DNA from: Azolla caroliniana
Taxonomy: Eukaryota; Plantae; Polypodiophyta
DNA: 64,000 nucleotides
Direction of reading: 5' to 3'
Assembly: GCA_043228905.1 (NCBI GenBank)
Contig: JBHGNT010000004.1
Span: 12,462,001 to 12,526,000, forward strand
The position numbers and the translations under genes are program-made. Of this stretch, positions 11,368-22,924 are shown one piece after another. Under the pieces are notes generated by a model. It saw nothing but the letters and a program-made list of their open reading frames with translations. It was not told where the DNA came from and did not search any database. Each line of letters begins with the position of its first letter. The first letter of the stretch is position 1.

Positions 11368-12717
11368 CTAATTAGCTACATCTTAGGTAACTAGTTATTC
11401 TTCTTAGACTATAACAATAGCTCATTAGATACCACTGAGCTAATTAGCTACTTCACTTAGGTATGGTACTAACTAATTAGCTACCACTCAACTAATTAGC
11501 TAGTCTTTGTCAATATGGTAGCAACTAATTAGCTACTCTACTAAAGTATGATAGTAGCTAATTAGCTACCAGTTAGCTAATTAGCTACTCAACTAAAGTA
11601 TGGTACTAGCTAATTAGTCACTATAACTAAATTATGGTAGTAGCTAATTAGCTACCACTTCGCTAATTAGCTATTGTACTAAAGTATGGTACTAGCTAAT
11701 TAGCCACTATAACTAAAGTATGGTTGTAGCTAATTAGCTACCACTTAGCTAATTAACTACTTTACTAAACTATGGTATTAGCTCATTAGCTACCACTTAG
11801 TTAATTAGTTACTCAACTAAAGTATAGTAGTAGCTAATTAGCTACTCAGCTAAAGTATGGTAGTAGTACTTAGCTACCATTTAACTAATTAGCTACTATA
11901 CTAAAGTATGGTACTAGCTAATTAGCTATTATAACTAAAGTATTGTAGTAGCTAATTAGCTACCACTTAGCTAATTAGCTACCACTTAGCTAATTAGCTA
12001 ATGTACTAAACTATGGTAGTAGCTAATTAGCTTCCACTTAGGTAATTAGCTACTCAGTTGAAGTATGGTAGTAGCTAATTAGCTACTATACTAAACTATG
12101 GTAGTAGCTAATTACCTACCACTTAGCTAATTAGCTACTCAGCTAAAGTACGGTAGTAGCTAATTACTGTACTAAACTATGGTAGTACCTAATTAGCTAC
12201 CACTTAGATAATTAGGTACTGAGCTAAAGTATGGTAGTAACTAATGAGCTACCACTTAGCTAATTAGTTACTCAACTAAACTATGGTAGTAGATAATTAG
12301 CTACTATATTCAACTATGGTAGTAGCTAATTAATTATCACTTAGCTACTTAGTTACTCAACTAAACTATGGTAGTAGCTAATTAGCTACCACTTAGCTAA
12401 TTAGCTATTGTACTAAACTATGGTAGTAGCCAATTGGCTACCACTTAGCTAATTAGCTACTTAGCTAAAGTATGGTAGTAGCTAATTGGCTACCACTTAG
12501 CTAATTAGCAACTCAACTAAAGTATGGTAGTAGCTAATTGGCTACCACTTAGCTAATTAGCTACTCAGCTAAAGTATGGTAGTAGCTAATTAGCTACCAC
12601 TTAGCTAATTAACTACATGTTAGCTAGTTAGCTACTACACTATAACCATAATAGCTAAATAGTTTCCACACTTTATACGACTTAGCTAATTAACAAAGAT
12701 GGAACTAATTAGCTACA
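11368..12717. repeat. Palindromic TAGCTAATTAGCTA satellite, array 2 (fills intron 11351-12742 of the minus-strand gene)
   Basis: 52 bp period visible (gctaattggc at 12481 and 12533); same units as array 1. Confidence 0.95.
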
Positions 12718-15700
12718 CTATGGTCACAAGCAACAATTTTACCTGTTAGTTTTCTCCACTTATCTGGGAGAGTTGTACTACAATCCCCCAAACAGAATGC
12801 AGCAATGTGACAGGCATATTGAAAACAAATGATATGGTATATGTGCTGGCATGGTTGTAGGTGAACCAACAGAGTAGCAGATTTGTCCTCTACACATAAT
12901 CCAGAAGTGATGCAACGTGCTTGAACAGTGAATATATCGTTTCGTGGTTCTCCTTCATTTGGTAAGGGCGCAAGAATGTTCAGGTTCAATTCTTGTTTGC
13001 TCCTTACCATCCCCTCCGCAAAATGTAGTTGCTTCTTAAGGCAGCTAACTACCTGTTCTTGACGAGAGTATTGTTCCGTCAATGTAGCCGAGAAATTTAC
13101 CGATTAATTATTCCTTCATGAGGAAGATACAACAACAAGAAACAAGAATCATTAAGTTACTTGTAGCTTGTCCAAATTGTAATCAACGACAATATTTACA
13201 CCTACAATGTCCAAGTTCATTGATAGAACCTGGATCTCTGTCTGCAGTTGAATTTTCCGCTGGGGATCCAACGACCCCTCAATTTCAAGCTCATTTTGAG
13301 CAACCTGTTCTAGATAATGCCTCAGTAGCACATTTTCATGTACAAGTTATTTATAACATATTACATACTAGCAAAACAATAGGTACCCGAATCTTTTTTC
13401 TGATTGTTGTAACTGCCAAAGTGACTTTGCTCTCCATCACAGCCGCCAATGTTGCTTTCTCTAAATCAGTCTTAAAAAAATCCAATGTCTCACAAGCTTC
13501 ATGGACATTTTTTAGTATATAGCTAATCAATGTCTCACCTATATAATCGACATTGGCTTTCATTGTGTGTTGGTGTGGCATATACTTGCGGGTTTGTTGG
13601 GAGTCGACAGTTGCATCATCAACTGTCATGCTCCAAAATCTTGCCATTTTTTGTTGCAAGCTCCCCTATCGATGGCTCACCATACATTTCCCAAGCTAGC
13701 CTGTACATTTCAGGGTCACGAGATTCCTTCGTTGTTTTGCAATACTTGTATGAAAAAGTTCTGGCAAATGAAACAGACAACTCGTTGTTGATCGGGATCT
13801 CTTGATGTACTTTCTGGTGCAGTCTCATGCAGTCGTCGTACAAGTCCGATCGTTCATGCTTGAGCTTGACCTTGCCTTTCACTATAGGCACTTTATATGC
13901 TAACATCCAGTTTACATCACTAATCAATCTATCTGTTAGAACAGTAGGGTCAATACCCTTGAGCGACAAACCATATATGTTGTGAAAGTCCTCCTTTCTC
14001 TCGCAAAATTTTGCGAAGTTCAGCACTCTAGGATAGGGAGGAACGAGCCAACTGAAATAGAAAATGAGTAATCAGAATTGGTGCAAAAACTGTATTTTTA
14101 ATGTGAATTTGGTGCAAAATTACAACACTTTGAGACAGTAATCTGAAATTTTTAATCTGTCTTTTTCAACATGTATCAGAAATTAACCACTTAAAAAATC
14201 AGAAACCCTAATCAGAATTTGTCATGAGAATTGGTGCAAAATTACAACACATTGCGACAGTAATCAGAAATTCGTAAATAGAAATTTGTAACCAAAAACT
14301 TGTAATCTGAAATTTGTAATCAAAAACCCTGTTGAGAGACAAGCTCAACATCGGCCGGATCGGCTGAAGAAGCCGAGGACCGGATCGATTGGGACCGATC
14401 GGTTAGGCTGAGTGCGTAAACCGGTACGCAGACCGGTGCGTAGGTAGGGCCGGATCGGTGCGGAAATCGGGAGGCCGTTAAGAAAGATATTCCGTGAGGA
14501 ATATATTTGGGAGTTAGTGTAGGAGCTCTCAACGAGCATTGAAGTACTGTCAGTACTTCTGTCAGTCCTTCTAGGACTTGTATAAAAGTGTTCATTGAAC
14601 ACGTCTTATGTACAAACTTGAGTATTATTATTGAATATAGTTTTTGTGTCTACTCTCTCTGTCTCTCCCACGTATACCGTGTAAGCCCAAGCTCTCCATT
14701 GAACCTGAGTTTCCTTCCTTCTGTTCGGTCTTCATACTTGCTTCCGCACGTTACTTTTACATGGTATCAGAGCGCGAGGGTTGAGAACCTCTCTGCAGCC
14801 GACACAGCTTGACGAAGAAGAACAAGAAGAATGATGGATAGAGGCATGGCGAGCTCGCTTCCAACAGAGAAGCTCGACAGAACCAACTACGTGTCTTGGT
14901 CCTACAAGATGCACTAGTACTTGCTCGGGCACGACTATTGGAGTTATGTCGAAGGAGCTAATGACGCGGCACCCGAATCGACACACAGAGACTTCCCGTT
15001 GTGGGAGCAATCGGCGAGCAGGGTATTATACTGCTTCGCGTCGTGTGTGGGCGAACATCTATTGAGCTATGTTTGGGATGCAAAGACGCCGAAGGGTGCG
15101 TGGGAAAATCTGAAGAAGATTTTCGCTGCGAGCACCACAACCAGGAAGCTTCAGCTCCGGACATACCGACAAGGGAAATCGGCAGCGATCACACTACGCC
15201 GAAGACTCCGGGAGAGCCAGAGAAGGGTCTGCCTTCGTGTCGAGACATGAAGCAAACTCAATGAAACGAACCACCCTGAGATCGGACGAGGTGTGGTACG
15301 TAGACTCCGGCGCGTCAAACCACATGACGAGCCATAAGGAGTGGTTCTCGTACCTTGAAAAACCGATACAACCTGGAGTAGTCGCAACTGGAGACGACAG
15401 TTCGCATCCGATCGTGAATGTCGGAGAAGTTTCCCTTAGCCACGTCGTGCTGCACGTTCCGACAATCACGAAGAACTTGGTCTCGGTCGGACAGATCGTC
15501 GACCAAGGGATGGAGGTTCGGTTTACACACCTCGGGTGCTTCATTGAGGAAGAAGGTCGTGTGATTGCGCAAGGGCGCAGAGACGGGAGGATGTTCATCC
15601 TCGACTCCACTGACGGCGGCATCACAATGTTCGCAAAGGGACAAAAAGCCGAGTCGGACATCGACTTGTGGCACAAGCGGATAGGCCACGTCAACTACCA

Positions 15701-18124
15701 GCGGCTTCAAGATCTGCAATCGAAACAGGTAGTGTTCGGATTGCCCAAGTTTAGTGGCCGAAAGGCACAAATTTGTGAAGCCTGCCAGCTCAGGAAGCAA
15801 CACCGACTTCCTTTCCCCAACGAGCGAAACCGGAGCCGGAACAAGCTCGACCTTATACACTCCGATGTGTGGGGGCTGGCACAAAACGTTAGTCTTGGCG
15901 TGAGCCGATATTTCGTCTCCTTCATCGACGACCACACGCGACACACGTGGATCTACCTCATTGATAGGAAGAGCGAAGTCTTCGACTGTTTCCAGGACCT
16001 CAAAGGGTTCGTGGAAACGGAAACGGGACGAAAGATCAAGTGCTTGCGGTCGAATGGCGGGAAAGAGTACTTTTCTGGTCAATTCAACGGTTATCTAAAA
16101 CAAATGGGAATTCGGCACGAATTCAGTTGTAGATACACGCCAGAGCAGAACGGTGTGGCCGAGAGAAAGAATCGGTCAGTTGTGGAAGCGGCACAGGCAA
16201 TGCTGGAGGAGAAGAGATTGCCCAAGTTCTACTGGGCCGAGGCGGTAAGGACCGCGGTATACATCCAGAACCGGATCGAAGACAAAGTGTCGGCGCACGA
16301 GCTGTATTTCGGAACGAAGCCTAACTTGCGACACTTGAGGGTGTTCTGTAGCATTGCGTATGTGCATATACCGAAGGAGAAAAGGAGGAAGCTGGACGCA
16401 AAGGCCGAGAAATGCATCTTGGTCGGTTACTCGGACGAGCAGAAGGGTTGTAAGTGCTATAACCCTCGCACCAAACAAGCGCGTGTTAGCTGCGACGTTG
16501 TGTTTGACGAGTCCGCGTCCTAGTACCAGCCCCCGACTCCAAACCCCGACTCCAATCCGAGTTCTGATGATGAGGTCAGCAAGGCCGAGCTGCCTCCGGA
16601 TGAGCCTGAAATCGAGACCCGCGAAGAGAGTCCGATTTCGCTTCGTTTAAGTGGACCGATTGGACGACTGAGTCGGTACGACCAGTCCGATGAAGAGCCG
16701 GCAAGTAGTGGAGACTCGGCTGTGCATTCCCCGCGCAGGAAGCCGAGGAGACGGCTTACGCGCAAAGAGGAAGGGAAGAAGAAGGTGTCGGATTCCAGCA
16801 CGGATAGGAACGAGTCAGACCGACGCGAGTCCGACTCCGAGGGAACCGGTGACGGGTGTTTAAAGGTGAAGTCCGCGTCGACCGAGAAGGCCTCGACATC
16901 GGCTAATGCGAGGTTACGCCGATCTACCCGCCAGAAGAATCCTGTTTTGCAGTTCGGATACAACGAGTACATGGCGCATCATTATGCGTACATGACCCGT
17001 GTAGCGGAAGTGGTGAGCCGGAGAGCTACGCAGAAGCGGCTGAAGACGCGAATTGGCGTGCCGCGATGGAGGAAGAGATGTACGCATTGGCGGAGAACGA
17101 GACCTGGGACCTGGTTGACGCACCAACAGGGGTAAAACCGATCAGGTTTAGGTGGGTGTACAAGGTCAAGTACAACACCGATGGCTCGGTTAACCGGTAC
17201 AAGGCTCAGCTAGTGGCAAAGGGCTACGCGTAGAAACACGGCATCGACTATGATGAAACGTTTGCGTTGGTCGCGAAAATGACGACCGTCCGTGTTTTGC
17301 TCGAAGTAGCCGCGGCCAAGGGGTGGCACTTACATCAGATGGATGTAAAGAATGCGTTCCTGCACGGTGACCGTGAGGAACAGGCGTACATGGTACAACC
17401 CCCAGGATTTCACTCCGGAACGAACTCCTCGGCAGTATGCCGACTGAAGAAGTCCCTTTACGGACTGAAGCAAGCCCCGTGTGCCTGGAATGCGAAGATC
17501 ACGCAACAACTGCGTCGGATGGGCTTCGTCACGACAAAATCGGACTCTTCCCTGTTCATCCGGAAAGGTCGACTCGGACCGGTTAGTATTTTACTGTATG
17601 TTGATGACTTGGTCATCACCGACACCGACCTAGGTGAAATCGACCGCATGAAGCTTCAGCTTGCGGCATCGTTCGACATGAAGGATCTGGGGGACCTTCA
17701 TTACTTCCTCGGGATCGAAGTGATCCGTACCCCCGAAGGCATATTGATCAGCCAACGTCATTACGTGCTGGGTATGCTCTTTAAATTCGGGATGGTAGAC
17801 TGTAAGTCCGTCTCGACTCCTCTGGACAGAACCGTCAAGCTTCGTCCCGATACGGGAAAGGCATGCGACCCAACGAGGTTCCGACAAATTGTCGGAAGCC
17901 TCATATACTTGACAATCACCCGACCCAACCTCAGTTATCCGGTCGGGGTGATCAGTCAGTTCATGGCGCGACCTACCGAGGAGCACCTTCAGTGTGCGCG
18001 ACGCATACTTCGGTATGTCAACGACACTAAGGACCGGGGACTAGTATATCTGTTGGGTGATAGGTCCCTCCGGATGGGAAGGGAGAAGATCAGTGCTGAT
18101 GAACAAACTACAGAGAGCCGACTA

Positions 18125-18370
18125 CGGAGAGCCGGATGGTGCAGACCCGGTATGAACCGGATGAGGAGTACCCGACTATGGAGAGCCGGATGGTGCAGAC
18201 CCGGTATGAACCGGATGAGAAGTACCCGGCTACGGAGGGCCAGATGGTGAAGACCCGGTATGAACCGGATGAGGAGTACCCGGCTACGGAGAGCCGGATG
18301 GTGAAGACCCGGTATGATCCGGATGAGGAGTACCCGGCTACGGAGAGCCGGATGGTACAAACCCGGTGAG
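18125..18370 (+). repeat. 54 bp tandem repeat in U3 of family B LTRs (also ~22960-23205 and ~37480-37640)
   Basis: Unit ggagagccggatggtgcagacccggtatgaaccggatgaggagtacccggctac; 18-aa periodicity in the ORF track. Confidence 0.92.
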
Positions 18371-18535
18371 AACCGGATGAAGAGACATATTCATAAATAT
18401 GTTTCTGAGAGTCCATCGAGGCTATATTTGTAAATAGTTGAAAAGTCATATTAGTATAAATATGACTTAGGGCAAACTTTTAATAGGAGGTTGTTATTCT
18501 TGTTGGTGCAAGAATAGAGTGAGTGCGTAACAGTG

Positions 18536-18576
<41 letters not shown>

Positions 18577-18878
18577 GTTGTCGCCTATGTTGTAACCGCC
18601 GCCTGAGGCGAAGATCTGTGAGCATGAGGTCGTTCTCTCAGTGAACTCACTGTTGTATATTCTTACATAGTGACAGTTTGCAGCCTGTGGGCTGCCGTGG
18701 TTTTTCCCCCCTTGTTTGGGGTTTTTCATGTTAAACATCCTGCGTACTCGTCTCTTCTTTGTGTCGCGTTTTATTTCCTGTTTTTTGTGCATCATTCTAA
18801 GCTCGGTTGTGGCCGAGCGTTGCGCATAAGCAGCGTTGAGTTACCGTCAAGTGGTATCAGAGCAAAACAACATAGAAA

Positions 18879-21800
18879 ATGGACGAATCGTTTGGCAGCA
18901 TGTTCAAGCTCACCGGCTCCAACTATTCAGTGTGGAAGTCGAAGATGAGGGACATGCTCGTGGTTAAAGACCTCTGGTTGCCGGTTCAGTTCGGGGACAA
19001 GAGACCGGACAAAATCGACGCCGCGATATGGGAGGTGATGCACATGAAGACAACAGCGTACATACGGTGCTTCAGTGACATGAGCCTATACAACAACTTC
19101 AATGAAGAGAGCAAGGCTCATGAGCTCTGGGAGAAGATCGGCATAATGTTCCAAAACAAAAATGCTATTAATCAGGTTTCGGTATTCCGGAAGCTAGTAA
19201 GACTCCGGTACCAAGATGGCTCCATCATGGCGGAGCACATGAATGGCTTCCAGGGGCTGATACACCAGGCAACTTCATTGGAAGTACCTCTCGCCGACGA
19301 GGTACTAGCACTACTCCTGTTCGGCTCCCTCCCGGATAGCTGGGAGGCGTTGGTTGTCACTTTGGGCAACGCCGGGTCGGGAGGAAAACGGGTATCCCTA
19401 GCAAGAGTAAAGTCGAGCTTGCTAGATGAGGAGGCAGGTCGGAAACATAAAGACACGAGCTCCGACTCCAAAGCGCTCCTTACCAAATCGGAACACGGAA
19501 GACATAGAAACCGTAGTCCCCAGAACCAGGAGAAGTCGGGGACACGGTCAAAGTCAAGGGGGAGGCCCACTTGCTTCTATTGCGGCAAGCCGGGACACTT
19601 CCAAAAGAACTGTCGGCATTCCCGAAAAGATAAGGAGACCGACGGTACCGATTCGAAGCGGACCCCGGACCGGAACGGTAAAGACCGGAGGGGACCGGAC
19701 CGGAAGGGAACGACGGCAATCGCGGCAAGTGAAGAAGAGTTGATGCTCATCACCGAGGAGAGTGAGATAAACCTTGCCGGCGACGAGATGACCTGGGTGG
19801 TAGACTCCGGAGTGTCGTTCCACCTCACCCCGGACCGGAAATGCTTCTCATCCTACTCAGCCGGTGATCACGGCTGTGTCCGGATGGGGAATGAAGGTAC
19901 ATGCCGAATTGTCGGCATAGGAGACGTGTGGTTGTTGACACCAACTGGATGCAAGTTGCTGCTGGGGAAGTCCGACACGTTCCGGACGTTCGAGTGAAAC
20001 TGATATCAGCCGGTCGGCTAGATGATGATGGCTACATGGGTAGCATCCGGAACGGTGTCATGAAGTTCAGCAAAGGGAGCCTGATTGTGGCTCGGGCCCG
20101 GAAGGTAAACACACTGTACCTGATGAATGCCCGGTTATGTCCGGAAGAAGTGAACGTGGCATCCGACACTGCCGGTGAGCTGTGGCACAAGAGACTGTGT
20201 CATATGAGCGAGAAGGCGATGAAGAGGCTTGCAGACGACAACCTCATTCCAGTGAAGAACGTGCACTTACAGAAGTGCACTGATTGTCTGGCCGGTAAGC
20301 AGAGCCGGACCTCCTTCCGACCAAGGCCATCGATGAGACGTAATGCACCACTGGAGTTGGTGCATACGGATGTGTGTCAAGTAGACGCGAAGTCACATGC
20401 CGGAGCGCAATACTTTGTGACGTTCATAGATGACCACAACCGGAAGTTGTGGGCCACACCGTTGAAGACGAAGGATCAGGTGTTATCCGTCTTCAAAGAG
20501 CTCCACGCGAGAGTGGAAAGAGAAACCGGCCAGAAGTTGAAGGCTGTTCGAGCAGATAACGGAGGAGAGTACCGGGGGCAGTTCGAGGAGTACTGCCGCT
20601 CGAAGGGAATCCGGCTCGAATTTACCATGCCGAAGACGCCGGAACTAAACGGACTGGCCGAGAGGATGAACCGGACCATAATGGAGAGGGTCTGGAGTAT
20701 GCTAGCGCATGCAAAACTACCCAAGAAGTTTTGGGCTGAGGCACTGTCGACGGCGACATACGTGATAAATAGATCACCCTCAGTACCCTTGGACGGAGAC
20801 ACGCCACAGAGAGTGTGGACCGGTAAGGAAGTATCCTACCGGCATCTGAAGGTGTTCGGGTGTCTTGCGTACGTGCATGTAGCCAAGGACCGGAGAGGAA
20901 AGTTAGATCCAAAGACCTGGCCATGCATATTCCTCGGTTACGGTGACGATGAGTTCGGCTACCGAGTGTGGGACCTGGTCGACAAGAAGGTATTCCGGAG
21001 TCGAGATATTATCTTCATGGAGAACAAGACGCTCGCCGACTGGGAGTCGGAGAAGAAGATAATGAACTCTGAGCCGACCTGTAAGGATCGACTCTACGAT
21101 GAGCAGACCCAACCGGAAAGAGACCGGTTAGCACTCGAGGGACCAGCCGGTTACGGTGAGGATACCGAACAGGGTGAAGGAGAAGTAGAGGAAGCTGAAA
21201 CCGGAACCGACCAAGACCCCGAATCAGGTTCAGATGAAGAGCAGATGGATGAGCCGGTCACCGAAGCCCAGAGACGGAGATATCCTCTCAGAGAGAGAAG
21301 GGCCCCCCGGAGATTTGCGGATGCAGAGCATGTTCTGTTGACCGATGAAGGGGAACCGGAAAGCTTCGAAGAAGTGAAGGAAGACACGCACAGCCGAAAA
21401 TGGTTATGTGCCATGCAGGATGAGATGGATTCCCTGCATGAGAACCATTCGTACGAATTGGTGGAGTTTCCGAAAGGAAAGCGGGCACTCCGAAACAAGT
21501 GGGTGTACAAGTTGAAACCGGGAGATGACGGCAACCCCCCGAGATACAAAGCCAGGATCGTGGTGAAGGGGTTCCAGCAGAAGAAGGGCGTGGACTTCGA
21601 CGAGATATTTGCCCCGGTAGTAAAGATGACCTCCATCCGGACGGTGCTTAGTATAGCGGCAAGCATGGACCTCGAGGTAGAGCAGCTAGACGTGAAGACG
21701 GCATTCCTTCACGGCGACCTCGAAGAGGAGATCTACATGCAGCAACCGGAAGGATTCGTGGAGAAAGGGAAGGAGCACCTGTTATGCCGGTTGAAGAAGA

Positions 21801-22924
21801 GCCTCTACGAGTTGAAGCAGGCCCCCCGGCAATGGTACCGAAAGTTCGACTCCTTCATGACCGATCATGGGTACCACAAGACGCAGGCCGATCACCGCGT
21901 GTTTGTGAAGAAGTTTGAAGGTGGTGACTTCCTGATAATCCTTCTGTACGTGGACGACATGTTGATCGTCGGACGGGACCAAGTCAAAATACGGATGCTG
22001 AAGAAGGCTCTCAACTGGACCTTCTCAATGAAAGACTTGGGTCCGGCAAGACAGATGCTGGGGATGCACATCATTCGGGACTGGTCAACGAAGCAATTAT
22101 GGCTGTCACAGGAGAAGTACGTGACAAAGGTGCCTCTCTGGTTCAACATGTCGGATGCGAAACCGGTCGGATCGACACTTCTAGCAAACTGCAGGTTATC
22201 TGGTAAGCAAAGCCCGAAGACGAAAGGAGAGAAGGCGGATATGATGAAGATTCCATATGCCTCTGCTGTCGGGAGCTTAATGTACGCAATGGTGTGTACC
22301 CGACCGGATATAGGATACGCAGTGGGAGTGGTGAGCCGGTTTATGAGCAATCCCGGCAAGGAGCACTGGAACGCGGTCAAATGGATACTCCAGTATTTGT
22401 AGGGCACTTCAAATATGTGTCTCCGATTCGGCTCCGGAAAACCTCAACTTGATGGTTTCACCGATTCGGACATGTCAGCTGATGTGGATACTAGCTGGTC
22501 TACATCCGGGTATGTAATGACATATGCAGGGGGAGCTGTTTCGTGGCAGTCGAGGCTGCAGAAGACGGTTGCATTGTCAACCACGGAGGCGGAGTACATG
22601 GCAACGGTGGAAGCCGGCAAGGAAATATTATGGATAAAGGACTTCATCGGAGAGCTCGGTATCCGGCAAGAGGAATACCGACTCTATTGCGACAGTCAAA
22701 GTGCCATCCACCTTGCTAAGAATGCGGCCTACCATTCCCGGACGAAGCATATCCAACGGAGGTATCACTGGATCCGGGAAAGAGTAGATGACCAGGAGTT
22801 CGCACTGACGAAGATTCACACAGCTGAGAACGGGTCAGATATGCTGACCAAAGTGCTGACACCCGACAAGCTGGACGCATGCCGGAAGAGGATCGGACTG
22901 GTAAGACACCCCATGCCGGAGTGA
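18879..22924 (+). pseudogene. copia gag-pol polyprotein (one frameshift near 19960, one stop at 22400)
   Basis: CFYCGKPGHFQKNC zinc knuckle, WVVDSG protease, HTDVC/ADNGGEY/PELNGLAER integrase, QLDVKTAFLHG/LYVDDM RT, TDSDM...STTEAEY...HSRTKHI RNase H. Confidence 0.95.

Noticed and set aside
1383-12717. Palindromic repeats resembling a CRISPR array
   Set aside because: The intervening sequences are themselves repetitive rather than unique spacers, no cas genes are present, and the context is eukaryotic.
15315-16082. 255-aa antisense ORF and similar antisense ORFs over pol genes
   Set aside because: They are shadow frames of GC-rich retroelement coding sequence with no recognisable domain.
17989-18449. 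Repetitive ORFs (MVQTRYEPDEEYPATESR and antisense frames)
   Set aside because: They are translations of the 54 bp U3 repeat, open in several frames, with no evidence of coding.
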